This document shows positions 18,493-26,763 of a stretch of 64,000 bases of DNA, piece by piece; position 1 is the first letter of the stretch; every line of letters begins with the position of its first letter. Made by a program: the position numbers and the translations under genes. This DNA is from Candidatus Omnitrophota bacterium (GTDB taxonomy: Bacteria; Omnitrophota; Gorgyraeia; Zapsychrales; Fredricksoniimonadaceae). The stretch lies in the NCBI GenBank assembly GCA_030650275.1, contig JAUSEK010000005.1, forward strand, positions 39,307 to 103,306. Direction: 5' to 3'. Under the pieces are notes generated by a model. The model saw only the letters and a list, made by a program, of their open reading frames with translations. It had not been told where the DNA came from and ran no database searches.

Positions 18493-21132
18493 ATGGAACT
18501 CCCCTCTCGTTATAATTTCCAGGAAACTGAATCTAAGTGGCTTAAGGTGTGGAAGGACGGCAATGTGTTTCATGCCGTCCCTGATCCCAAGAAAAAGCCA
18601 TTTACCGTCGTTATTCCTCCGCCCAATGTGACCGGGATCCTGCACATGGGTCACGCGTTGAACAATACCCTTCAGGACATCTTGGTCCGGTATAAACGCA
18701 TGAACGGTTTTTGCGCCCTGTGGATGCCGGGCACCGACCATGCCGGCATTGCCACCCAGAACGTTGTTGAGAAAGAACTGGCCAAGGAGGGCAAACACCG
18801 CCGGGACGTGGGGCGGGAGGCCTTCATTCAACGGCTGTGGGCGTGGAAAAAAGAATACGGGGACACCATTGTCCATCAATTGGAAAAATTGGGATCGTCC
18901 TGCGACTGGCCGCGCGCGCGTTTCACCATGGACGATGCTTACAGCGAGGCGGTCAAAGAGGCGTTCATTCACTTGTATGACAAGGGTTTGATTTACCGGG
19001 GGGAACGTATTATCAACTGGTGCCCCCGCTGCCAGACCGCGTTGTCCGACGAAGAAGCAGAGCATAAAGAGAAAAACGGCAAACTGTATCACATCCGTTA
19101 CCCATTGAAGGCAAATCCCGCAGAAGGTATCACCGTTGCCACGACGCGTCCGGAGACCATGCTCGGTGATACGGCTGTTGCCGTTCATCCCAAAGACAAA
19201 CGTTACCGTAATGCCGTTGGTCAGGAACTGGCCCTGCCTTTGACCGGGCGGGTGATCAAGGTCATCACGGATGATCTTGTGGCCATGGAATTCGGCACCG
19301 GTGCTGTCAAGGTGACCCCGGCCCATGACCCCAACGATTTTGCCATGGGCCAGCGGCACAATTTGGAATTCATCAATGTCATGCACCCTGACGGCCGCAT
19401 CAATGAAAAGGGCGGTAAATTCAGCGGTTTGGATCGTTTTGAAGCGCGTAAAAAGATCGTGGCTCAATTGGAAGAAGAAGGGCTGCTGGTCAAGACCGAA
19501 GACCACAAGCACGCGGTCGGTCATTGCTACCGCTGCGACACCGTTGTTGAACCGTATTTGTCCAAGCAATGGTTCGTCAAGATGGCGCCGTTGGCCGGGC
19601 CGGCTTTGCAAGCGGTGAAGAAAGGGACCATCCGCATCCGTCCTGAATATTGGGAAAAGGTGTATGTCAATTGGCTGACGGAGATCCGCGACTGGTGCAT
19701 TTCCCGTCAGATCTGGTGGGGGCATCGCATTCCGGTGTGGTATTGTGTGGGGGATGACAAATGCCTTTTAAAATGCAAAGAGCCCATTGTCAGCAGGACT
19801 ACTCCCCAACGCTGTCCCCACTGCGGTTCAACCAACCTTAAACAAGATGAAGATGTGCTGGACACCTGGTTTTCCTCGTGGCTGTGGCCGTTCGCGACCT
19901 TGGGCTGGCCCAGGGACAATGCTGACCTGAAATATTTTTACCCGACCAACACGCTATTCACCGCCTCGGAAATCATTTTCTTTTGGGTGGCGCGCATGAT
20001 CATGGCCGGCTATGAATTCATGGGCAAAGCGCCGTTCACGGAAGTGTTCATCCACGGCACGGTGCGCGATGCTCGTGGCCGCAAAATGTCCAAGTCCTTA
20101 GGCAACGCCATTGACCCGCTGGAGATCATTGAGGAATACGGGGCGGATGCTCTGCGTTTCAGTTTGATCATCAATTCCGGCCAGGACATTTTTATTTCCA
20201 AGGAAAAATTTGAGATCGGCCGCAATTTTGCCAATAAAATTTGGAATGCGGCACGTCTCGTGTTGGCCAAATGTTCTGACGTAGGGGCGTATAGCGATAC
20301 GCCCCTGCATGCAAATGAATTAGATCTGCCGTCGAGGTGGATCGTATCGCGTTTTTATCAGACGTTGGAAGGCGTCAGCAGCGCCATTGAGACGTTCCGT
20401 TACTCCGAGGCCGAAAATCTCATTTATGAATTCTTTTGGGGAGATTTTTGCGACTGGTATCTGGAACTGGCCAAACCGAAATTTGATGACAAGCAGGTGC
20501 AGAAAACGGCCGTATTCATTCTTAAGAATTCTCTTAAAATGATGCACCCGTTCATCCCGTTCGTGACCGAAGAGATCTACAGACACATGGGTCCCAAAGA
20601 AGAATGTTTGTCTGCCGCGTCCTGGCCTGTCCGTCAAAAAGGGGACATGGACCATAAGGCCGCGCAAGACATGCAGACCGTCATTGATCTGATCGGGGCT
20701 TTGCGCAATATCCGCACCCAGTGGAATATGGACCCCAAGGAAACAATGGACGCGTTTGTCGTTCCTGTTGACCGTAAAGAGGAGGAGCTGGTCACGGCTT
20801 ATGCCGCGGATGTCCGGCGCATGGCCCGTTTGAAAGACCTGACCATAGATACCAAAGCCCCGTCCTTGAGGGACTGCGCCACGGCCCTGGTGGGGCAGAC
20901 GAAGGTGTTTGTGCCTTTGGCCGGTATTGTGGACCTGGCTAAAGAAAAGAAGAAAATGGCGGATGATATTGCCCAAAAAACCAAGGCCATCCAGGCCTTA
21001 GAAGGGCGCTTGAACAATGAGGCCTTTACCTCCAAGGCCCCTACGGACGTCATCGCCAAGGAGCGCGAGCGCCTGGAAACCCTTACCAAAGAAACTGCCC
21101 AATTAAATCAGGTTTTGGCCAATTTAAAGTAG
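18493..21132 (+). CDS. valS: Valyl-tRNA synthetase
   Basis: Class I HIGH (HMGHALN) and KMSKS motifs, a Zn-finger CP1 insert and a C-terminal coiled coil. 879 aa. Confidence 0.95.
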   Translation: MELPSRYNFQETESKWLKVWKDGNVFHAVPDPKKKPFTVVIPPPNVTGILHMGHALNNTLQDILVRYKRMNGFCALWMPGTDHAGIATQNVVEKELAKEGKHRRDVGREAFIQRLWAWKKEYGDTIVHQLEKLGSSCDWPRARFTMDDAYSEAVKEAFIHLYDKGLIYRGERIINWCPRCQTALSDEEAEHKEKNGKLYHIRYPLKANPAEGITVATTRPETMLGDTAVAVHPKDKRYRNAVGQELALPLTGRVIKVITDDLVAMEFGTGAVKVTPAHDPNDFAMGQRHNLEFINVMHPDGRINEKGGKFSGLDRFEARKKIVAQLEEEGLLVKTEDHKHAVGHCYRCDTVVEPYLSKQWFVKMAPLAGPALQAVKKGTIRIRPEYWEKVYVNWLTEIRDWCISRQIWWGHRIPVWYCVGDDKCLLKCKEPIVSRTTPQRCPHCGSTNLKQDEDVLDTWFSSWLWPFATLGWPRDNADLKYFYPTNTLFTASEIIFFWVARMIMAGYEFMGKAPFTEVFIHGTVRDARGRKMSKSLGNAIDPLEIIEEYGADALRFSLIINSGQDIFISKEKFEIGRNFANKIWNAARLVLAKCSDVGAYSDTPLHANELDLPSRWIVSRFYQTLEGVSSAIETFRYSEAENLIYEFFWGDFCDWYLELAKPKFDDKQVQKTAVFILKNSLKMMHPFIPFVTEEIYRHMGPKEECLSAASWPVRQKGDMDHKAAQDMQTVIDLIGALRNIRTQWNMDPKETMDAFVVPVDRKEEELVTAYAADVRRMARLKDLTIDTKAPSLRDCATALVGQTKVFVPLAGIVDLAKEKKKMADDIAQKTKAIQALEGRLNNEAFTSKAPTDVIAKERERLETLTKETAQLNQVLANLK

Positions 21133-21184
21133 TTATTAGGAAAGCGTTTGCCTGGTTTGCATTCACAGGCGCAGGTGTTATCCT

Positions 21185-21280
21185 TTAAGTGAGAGAAAAG
21201 AGCAAACCCGTCGAAAGGCGGGGACGCAAAGGATCGGGCCTAAACCCTTTAGGGGGCATGGCAGTCGAGCGCGCCTCTGA
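21185..21280 (+). ncRNA. Cyclic-di-GMP-I riboswitch (GEMM motif) aptamer
   Basis: GCAAACC-CGUC-GAAA-GGCG-GGGACGCAAAG-GAUC-GGGCCUAAACC parallels V. cholerae Vc2 (GCAAACC-AUUC-GAAA-GAGU-GGGACGCAAAG-CCUCCGGCCUAAACC). The P1b stem CCGUC/GGCGG is capped by a GNRA tetraloop. Confidence 0.6.
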
Positions 21281-21298
21281 AATGTTTGAGTTTAACGA

Positions 21299-21348
21299 TA
21301 TCCAGACGTGCGTTCGATTTTAGCAACGCTGTCTGGATTTTATTTTTG
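21299..21348 (+). terminator. Intrinsic terminator / riboswitch expression platform
   Basis: 8-bp stem ATCCAGAC...GTCTGGAT followed by TTTATTTTTG. It sits between the aptamer and SD GGGAGG (21348-21353). Confidence 0.6.
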
Positions 21349-21367
21349 GGAGGTTTATAATAAATGT

Positions 21368-21754
21368 ATGGTTAAAATATCCAATGATCAGGGGTTGACG
21401 ATGGCGGAACTGATCGTCACGATCTTTGTTCTGGGTGTGACTTTATCAAGCATCCTGATGTTCTTTACCAACGCGCGTGTGGCCGAGCAATACGCCCGCG
21501 ACTCCACGGTGGCGACGTCCCACGGGGAATACCTGATGGAGGAAATGAGGGCGCGCACCACACTGGCCAATATCATCGCTACGGACTGGCCGGCCTGGAC
21601 CGTGACGAAGGGATTGAACACCCTTCCCACGGAGACCATCAACACGGTCTACACCAATTCTTCGGCCGACCCTTTGGAGATCACGGTCAATGTCGGGTGG
21701 GTGCGTAACGCGCGCACTTATTTGTACAGTTTACTGACGAGGATGACAAAATGA
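21368..21754 (+). CDS. Prepilin-type N-terminal cleavage/methylation domain protein (pseudopilin)
   Basis: Leader MVKISNDQG followed by LTMAELIVTIFVLGV (G/FTLIE-like) with E at +5. The start is at the Met preceded by SD. Confidence 0.7.
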   Translation: MVKISNDQGLTMAELIVTIFVLGVTLSSILMFFTNARVAEQYARDSTVATSHGEYLMEEMRARTTLANIIATDWPAWTVTKGLNTLPTETINTVYTNSSADPLEITVNVGWVRNARTYLYSLLTRMTK

Positions 21755-22221
21755 GGACGAACAGCGGTTTTTCAATGGTGGAAATGCTCGTGGTCGTCGG
21801 CATCTTTACGATGATGATGGCCGGGCTTTACACTGCTTTGGCCGCCGGCAATGTCTCGTGGCAGGCCAGCGAGAACGGGGTCGCCATCCAGAGGGACGCC
21901 CGCAACGCTTTGTGGGTCATGGCCAAGGACTTGCGCAAGGGTTCAGGCGCCGCCATTACCCAGTCCGTAGGGTCAACCACGCTGATATTCACACACCCGA
22001 CGGATGGCAGCGTCACGTACACGTGGTCCGACAGCGGGGCCAATGCCAAAAAATTGATCCGTCAAATGACCGCTTCTTCGCGTATTTTGGCCAATAACAT
22101 TTCCGCGCTGACGTTCACAGACCAGACAACGTCCATTTTGATCAGCACGACGGTGACCCGTTCTCCGACCGTGGGCCCGTCCGCCAGCTTGACTTTGTCG
22201 CAGGAGGTGGCTTACCGATGA
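21751..22221 (+). CDS. Pseudopilin (GspH/FimT-like minor pilin)
   Basis: MRTNSG-FSMVEMLVVVGIF prepilin motif. Overlaps the neighbouring gene by 4 nt. Confidence 0.7.
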   Translation: MRTNSGFSMVEMLVVVGIFTMMMAGLYTALAAGNVSWQASENGVAIQRDARNALWVMAKDLRKGSGAAITQSVGSTTLIFTHPTDGSVTYTWSDSGANAKKLIRQMTASSRILANNISALTFTDQTTSILISTTVTRSPTVGPSASLTLSQEVAYR

Positions 22222-23351
22222 AAACGCCTATCTTACATAATTCCAAAGGCATTACGTTCGTGACTTCCTTAATGGTGGTCACGGTCCTGATCCTGTTGTC
22301 CGCGGGGTATATGATCTCCCTCATGACGGAATTCAGCACGGCCAAACGCTATCAGGACAGCACCAAGGCGCTCTGGTTAAGCGAGGCCGGGCTGGCTTAT
22401 TATATGAAGAACCCGACGATGCTGGACTCCGCGCCGCAAACGCAGACATTTTCATCGGGCTCGGTGTATATCAGCAAGGATGATTCCAGCGGTTCGCGGG
22501 AAGTGACTTTTTTAGGGACGGTTAACGGGAGCACCCGGAGCATCAAAGCGACCTTCCAGCCTTTTCCTCCGGATGTTTTTAATAATACAATGGCATCGGG
22601 GCACAATATCGTTTTAAGCGGTCTTTTGGCGACCATGAAGGTTTATGGGACGACGAAAATTTCCGGGGCTTATTCCCAAAGCGGTTTCTTGGCCTCGGGC
22701 TGGTTTGAAAGTAAGACCGAAGGAGTTGCCAGTGCTCAAACGACTTTGAAATTCCCGGACTCCAACGTTAACGGCACGCCCGATGAATTCAATGATTTTA
22801 AGGCCTTTTATCAGAACCTGGCCTCAACATACGCGCCCAGTGAAGTGGCGTACATTCAAAGCAGCGGTACGGTCAATATTGTGCCCAATTCATATCTTGC
22901 CGGAAAGAAATTGATCTATGTGGAAGGGGCCACGGCCGGCAGCGGGGACGTCAACATCCTTTTTGACGCCTCCTGGCAGGACAATGAAAATGTGACCGTG
23001 GTTTCAACCGGAGATATCACCTATCTTCAACCCCTGCAAGATACGGCCAATTCCAAGATGAATATGGTGGCCTGGGAGGATTATAATGAGGCCTCCATCC
23101 TGTCAAGCACGCATGCGGGCGTGACCTATGCCCACGATGATGCCAATTATTTTTCCATATTCAGTTTGTCCACGACGACCGGTAACGTGATCGCCAATGA
23201 CAATATCGCCGCGCTGGAGGTCTTATCGGACAAACGTTTTTATTACAATAATCCGGTCAGCGATAGCCAGGTGCCGCCCGGTTTTGAAGGGTTGATCTCT
23301 CAATCCGCGTCCGGTTTTCAGACAGAACCATCCTTATGGCAGGAGATCTGA
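22218..23351 (+). CDS. Large minor pilin / PilX-like pilus tip-associated protein
   Basis: Leader MKTPILHNSKG-ITFVTSLMVV hydrophobic helix, then a 340-aa Ser/Thr/Asn-rich extracellular domain. Confidence 0.5.
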   Translation: MKTPILHNSKGITFVTSLMVVTVLILLSAGYMISLMTEFSTAKRYQDSTKALWLSEAGLAYYMKNPTMLDSAPQTQTFSSGSVYISKDDSSGSREVTFLGTVNGSTRSIKATFQPFPPDVFNNTMASGHNIVLSGLLATMKVYGTTKISGAYSQSGFLASGWFESKTEGVASAQTTLKFPDSNVNGTPDEFNDFKAFYQNLASTYAPSEVAYIQSSGTVNIVPNSYLAGKKLIYVEGATAGSGDVNILFDASWQDNENVTVVSTGDITYLQPLQDTANSKMNMVAWEDYNEASILSSTHAGVTYAHDDANYFSIFSLSTTTGNVIANDNIAALEVLSDKRFYYNNPVSDSQVPPGFEGLISQSASGFQTEPSLWQEI

Positions 23352-23352
23352 A

Positions 23353-23844
23353 ATGACAAAACGCTGGCAATGGATCATTTTGGCCATGTTGGCGGGGCTT
23401 ATTGTGATGCGTTTTTGGGGCCCAAAGGCCCCCTTACACAAGGAGCCTGTTAATGCCGGTGTGCAGATACAAGCGGAAACAACTCCTGTTCCCGTTACGC
23501 CTAAAAGAAAATTAGTTCCCGAAGACCCGGCCAAATACGGTATGGTCGTCATAGCGCCCGGTGCCGAACCCGAAAACCAGGAGGAATGGGATCGCTTCAT
23601 GCAAAAGGCCATCGTGGAGCAGAAAATTTTGGAAACCCCTGAAGCCCAAAAAATGTTGGCGGAAACAAAAATGCCGCAAGAACAATACCGTCAAACTATG
23701 GACAAGGTTGACGCGGACATCGCCAAATTTGAAAAAATGGCAGGGGAGGGCCCTTTTGACCCCGAGACAAAAAAACGCCTGCAGGTCCTCTACCAGTTGA
23801 GGTCCTTGAGCAAACTGCTTGAGAAAAAAGTCACCCAGCCCTAA
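23353..23844 (+). CDS. Membrane-anchored K/E-rich hypothetical protein
   Basis: N-terminal TM WQWIILAMLAGLIVM. Coupled to the pilin operon, since it starts 2 nt after the previous stop. Confidence 0.3.
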   Translation: MTKRWQWIILAMLAGLIVMRFWGPKAPLHKEPVNAGVQIQAETTPVPVTPKRKLVPEDPAKYGMVVIAPGAEPENQEEWDRFMQKAIVEQKILETPEAQKMLAETKMPQEQYRQTMDKVDADIAKFEKMAGEGPFDPETKKRLQVLYQLRSLSKLLEKKVTQP

Positions 23845-23872
23845 GCCGATTTTGTGTTATAATGACCCCTTC

Positions 23873-24715
23873 ATGAAAACCGCTGATATCCGTAAGATCG
23901 TGTCTTTAGCCCTGTCCGAGGACATAGGCCGGGGGGACGTGACCACCGATGCTTTGGTCCCGCGGGGCCGCAAAGCCGTGGTCCGTGTTGTTTTTAGGTC
24001 TCCCGGCGTTGTTTGCGGGCTTGGGCTAGCAGCCATGGCCTTTAAGTTGCTGGACCCCAAGGTCCGTTTTAAACCCCTGGTCCGTGACGGTGTTTTTTTG
24101 TCCAAGCCGGGACCTATTGCCCGTATCGAAGGTCCGGCCAGGGCCATTTTGACCGGGGAACGCGTGGCCTTGAATTTTCTGGGACGGCTTTCAGGCATTG
24201 CCACGCTCACGCGAAGGTTCGTTCAAAAGATCAGACCGTATAAGGCCATTATTTTAGATACCCGTAAAACGATCCCGTTGCTGCGCACGCTTGAACGTTA
24301 CGCGGTCCGTTGCGGGGGAGGGACCAATCACCGTTTTGACCTGGGTGTTGCGGTCCTGATCAAGGACAATCACCGCGCTTTTTGTTCCCCGGCCATGAGC
24401 ATTCCGGCGATGGTTTCCCGCGTCCGGAAAAAGAGCGGCCGGATCGAGGTGGAAGCAGACAATATGAAACAGGTGCGCGCGGCCCTGACCTCGTCGGCGG
24501 ACATCATTTTGCTGGATAATATGAGCCCGGGTCAAACGCGCAAAACCGTCTTATTGCGCGATCGCATGAGACCCAATGTTCACCTGGAGTCATCCGGCGG
24601 CATCACCCTGGCCAATGTCCGCGCTTACGCGGCCGCCGGAGTGGAGCGCATTTCCGTCGGCGCTTTGACCCATTCTTCCAAAGCCGTTGATGTTTCCATG
24701 GAGTTTATGTCATGA
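23873..24715 (+). CDS. nadC: Nicotinate-nucleotide pyrophosphorylase (quinolinate phosphoribosyltransferase)
   Basis: LSEDIGRGDVTT and the rest of the NadC fold. Start chosen at MKTADIRK. Confidence 0.9.
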   Translation: MKTADIRKIVSLALSEDIGRGDVTTDALVPRGRKAVVRVVFRSPGVVCGLGLAAMAFKLLDPKVRFKPLVRDGVFLSKPGPIARIEGPARAILTGERVALNFLGRLSGIATLTRRFVQKIRPYKAIILDTRKTIPLLRTLERYAVRCGGGTNHRFDLGVAVLIKDNHRAFCSPAMSIPAMVSRVRKKSGRIEVEADNMKQVRAALTSSADIILLDNMSPGQTRKTVLLRDRMRPNVHLESSGGITLANVRAYAAAGVERISVGALTHSSKAVDVSMEFMS

Positions 24716-25395
24716 GAGTGTTCGTGTTGGCCCTGTATGCGCTGTGCTGCTGGATGCCCGCAGGCGTAGCCCAGCAGGCGAAAGGCCCTGTCCCTGCTGA
24801 CGCAACGGAGATGGGTAACGCCATTTTTGATGATGAGGCCTTGCTGGACGGCTACGCGCAAAAATACGCGGATGAGCCCAAGGACATCCTTTTGGCCATG
24901 GTCGCTGATCATTCCGTGGGCGCCTACAAAAGTGCTGCCGCGATCCGCGTTTTCCGCCTGAAATACGCGGACCAGGTGTTGTCCGCTGAAAAACCGGTGG
25001 TCTTAAGAACATTGTTGCGCCGTCTCAACCGTACGGATTCAGCGTTCGTGCAGGTGGAGATCATGCACACGCTGGTGGTTGTGGACCGTTACCAGTATTT
25101 TGAACCAATGACATCGGCGCTCATCCAGAAAATGGACCATTATAACAACGTCGTCAGCGCCAATGCCTATGAGGCCTTGGATTTCATCACTAAAGGCAGT
25201 ACGCGCGCCAGGGAGGCCAGGATCGTATTCAATATCATCCGCAAGACCCTGTTTTTGTCGCGCAAACGTCTGGAAAATGTCAATGAACCGGGTGACCGGC
25301 TGAAGGCAAAATTGTCCCTGCTGCGCTGGTCCATCAAGGTTTTGGGCACGCAGGAATTGAAACGCCTGCCGTCGGGGGTGATACGGCTTTTATAA
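24712..25395 (+). CDS. Secreted hypothetical protein (helical repeats)
   Basis: Signal peptide MRVFVLALYALCCWMPAGVAQQ. No recognisable catalytic motif. Confidence 0.3.
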   Translation: MRVFVLALYALCCWMPAGVAQQAKGPVPADATEMGNAIFDDEALLDGYAQKYADEPKDILLAMVADHSVGAYKSAAAIRVFRLKYADQVLSAEKPVVLRTLLRRLNRTDSAFVQVEIMHTLVVVDRYQYFEPMTSALIQKMDHYNNVVSANAYEALDFITKGSTRAREARIVFNIIRKTLFLSRKRLENVNEPGDRLKAKLSLLRWSIKVLGTQELKRLPSGVIRLL

Positions 25396-25420
25396 ATCGC
25401 CTACACAAAAACCCGTACAT

Positions 25421-26281
25421 TTGCTATACTCTAAGAATATGCTGCTCAACCAATTAACATTCCATGCCCCTAAAACCGTTCCTGAAGCGGCCAAACTGCT
25501 CGCGGACCTTAAAGACGTCAAGATCCTGGCCGGAGGGACCTTCCTTTTGAACAGTTTGAAACTTTTAAAGACCAAGGGAATAAAAACAGCGGCCCATGTC
25601 TTGAGTTTGGCCGCAATTGAAGACCTTAAAGGGATCAGCGTTGACCCCAAGGGCCTGACCATCCGCTCCATGACCACCATCACCGAGATCTTTGAAAGCC
25701 CTCATCTGAAGGACAATTTTCAGGTTTTGCGCACGGTGTGCCACAATATTTCAACGACGCCCATCCGCAATATGGCGACCTTCGGCGGTAATTTGACCTG
25801 CCGCTATACCTGGACGGAAATGCCGGCAGTCATGATCGCCCTGGATGCCCGGATGCATTTCATAGGTCCGGACGGAATGTCCCATGAAACGGGCGCGGAA
25901 GATTTTTTCAAGAACGCGGCCCGCACGGATAAAATATTCACTCACGCGTATATTCCCCGTGATACAGGCGCGTCCATTGCTTACCGCCGGGTCAAAAAAA
26001 TGTCCGACGTGGACGTGCCTTTATTGTCTTTGTGCGTCAAAACGAATTTGAAAGGCAAACAATGGTCCAATACGCGCGTCTCCATCAACAGCACAACGGT
26101 TTTTGCCCAGCGGGACATCCAACTGGAAGAATTTTTGAATAGCTCCCAGTCGCATCCAAAGTTGGGGGAGGAGGCGCTCAAACATTTGACCGCTTCCATT
26201 TATGACACCCGCAGCAGTGAATACAAACAGCATATGTTCCGTGTCTGCATCAAAACAGCTGTTGAGGAGATCGGCCGATGA
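25421..26281 (+). CDS. Molybdenum hydroxylase FAD-binding (medium) subunit, CoxM/XdhB-like
   Basis: FAD-binding PCMH-type signature ILAGGTFLL and a CO-dehydrogenase flavoprotein C-terminal domain. The alternative start is at Met 25439. Confidence 0.8.
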   Translation: MLYSKNMLLNQLTFHAPKTVPEAAKLLADLKDVKILAGGTFLLNSLKLLKTKGIKTAAHVLSLAAIEDLKGISVDPKGLTIRSMTTITEIFESPHLKDNFQVLRTVCHNISTTPIRNMATFGGNLTCRYTWTEMPAVMIALDARMHFIGPDGMSHETGAEDFFKNAARTDKIFTHAYIPRDTGASIAYRRVKKMSDVDVPLLSLCVKTNLKGKQWSNTRVSINSTTVFAQRDIQLEEFLNSSQSHPKLGEEALKHLTASIYDTRSSEYKQHMFRVCIKTAVEEIGR

Positions 26282-26763
26282 TCGTTTCGCTAAACATTAA
26301 CGGCCAAAAGCACGACCTGGACCTGAAGGGCAATGAAACTCTTTTGGAGGTCCTGCGCGACCGGCTGTCAATGACAGGCACCAAGACCGCGTGTCAGGAA
26401 AGCGAATGCGGCACCTGCACCGTCATGATCAACGGCAGGGCTATTTTGTCGTGCATCACTCTGGCGGTCAATTGTCAGGGCAACCGGATCACGACCATTG
26501 AGGGTCTGGCCAAAGGAGATGTGTTGCATCCGGTCCAGCAGGCCTATTTGGATTGCGGGGCCGTGCAATGCGGGTTTTGCATCCCCGGCCTCATCATGTC
26601 AACCACCGCTTTATTAGAAAAGAACCCTAAGCCCTCGCAGGAAGAGATCGAATATGCCCTGGACGGCAACATTTGCCGCTGTGCCGGGTATCCGAAGATC
26701 TTTGACGCTGTGCGCGAAGCAGGCAGGGTGATGGGCAAAAGCCATGAAAACAAAGATCAATAA
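26278..26763 (+). CDS. Molybdenum hydroxylase [2Fe-2S] (small) subunit, CoxS/XdhC-small-like
   Basis: Plant-type CQESECGTCTV cluster plus a second C-x2-C...C...C cluster (CGFCIPG...CRCAGY). Confidence 0.85.
   Translation: MIVSLNINGQKHDLDLKGNETLLEVLRDRLSMTGTKTACQESECGTCTVMINGRAILSCITLAVNCQGNRITTIEGLAKGDVLHPVQQAYLDCGAVQCGFCIPGLIMSTTALLEKNPKPSQEEIEYALDGNICRCAGYPKIFDAVREAGRVMGKSHENKDQ

Noticed and set aside
18403-19725. 440-aa minus-strand ORF antisense to valS, and similar long antisense ORFs at 14591..15463, 16154..16834, 17567..18214, 20320..20976 and 26627..27358
   Set aside because: All overlap strongly conserved plus-strand genes (ValRS, ApgM-like, LysC, CimA, the Mo-enzyme subunits). They have no motifs and Arg/Gly/Pro-biased composition, so they are spurious.
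21160-21300. Possibility that the structured leader is RNase P RNA, tmRNA or SRP RNA
   Set aside because: It is too short and lacks their universal motifs (no GGAAAGUCCGG, no tRNA-like 3' end with CCA, no GGAA SRP domain IV). The sequence instead matches GEMM blocks.
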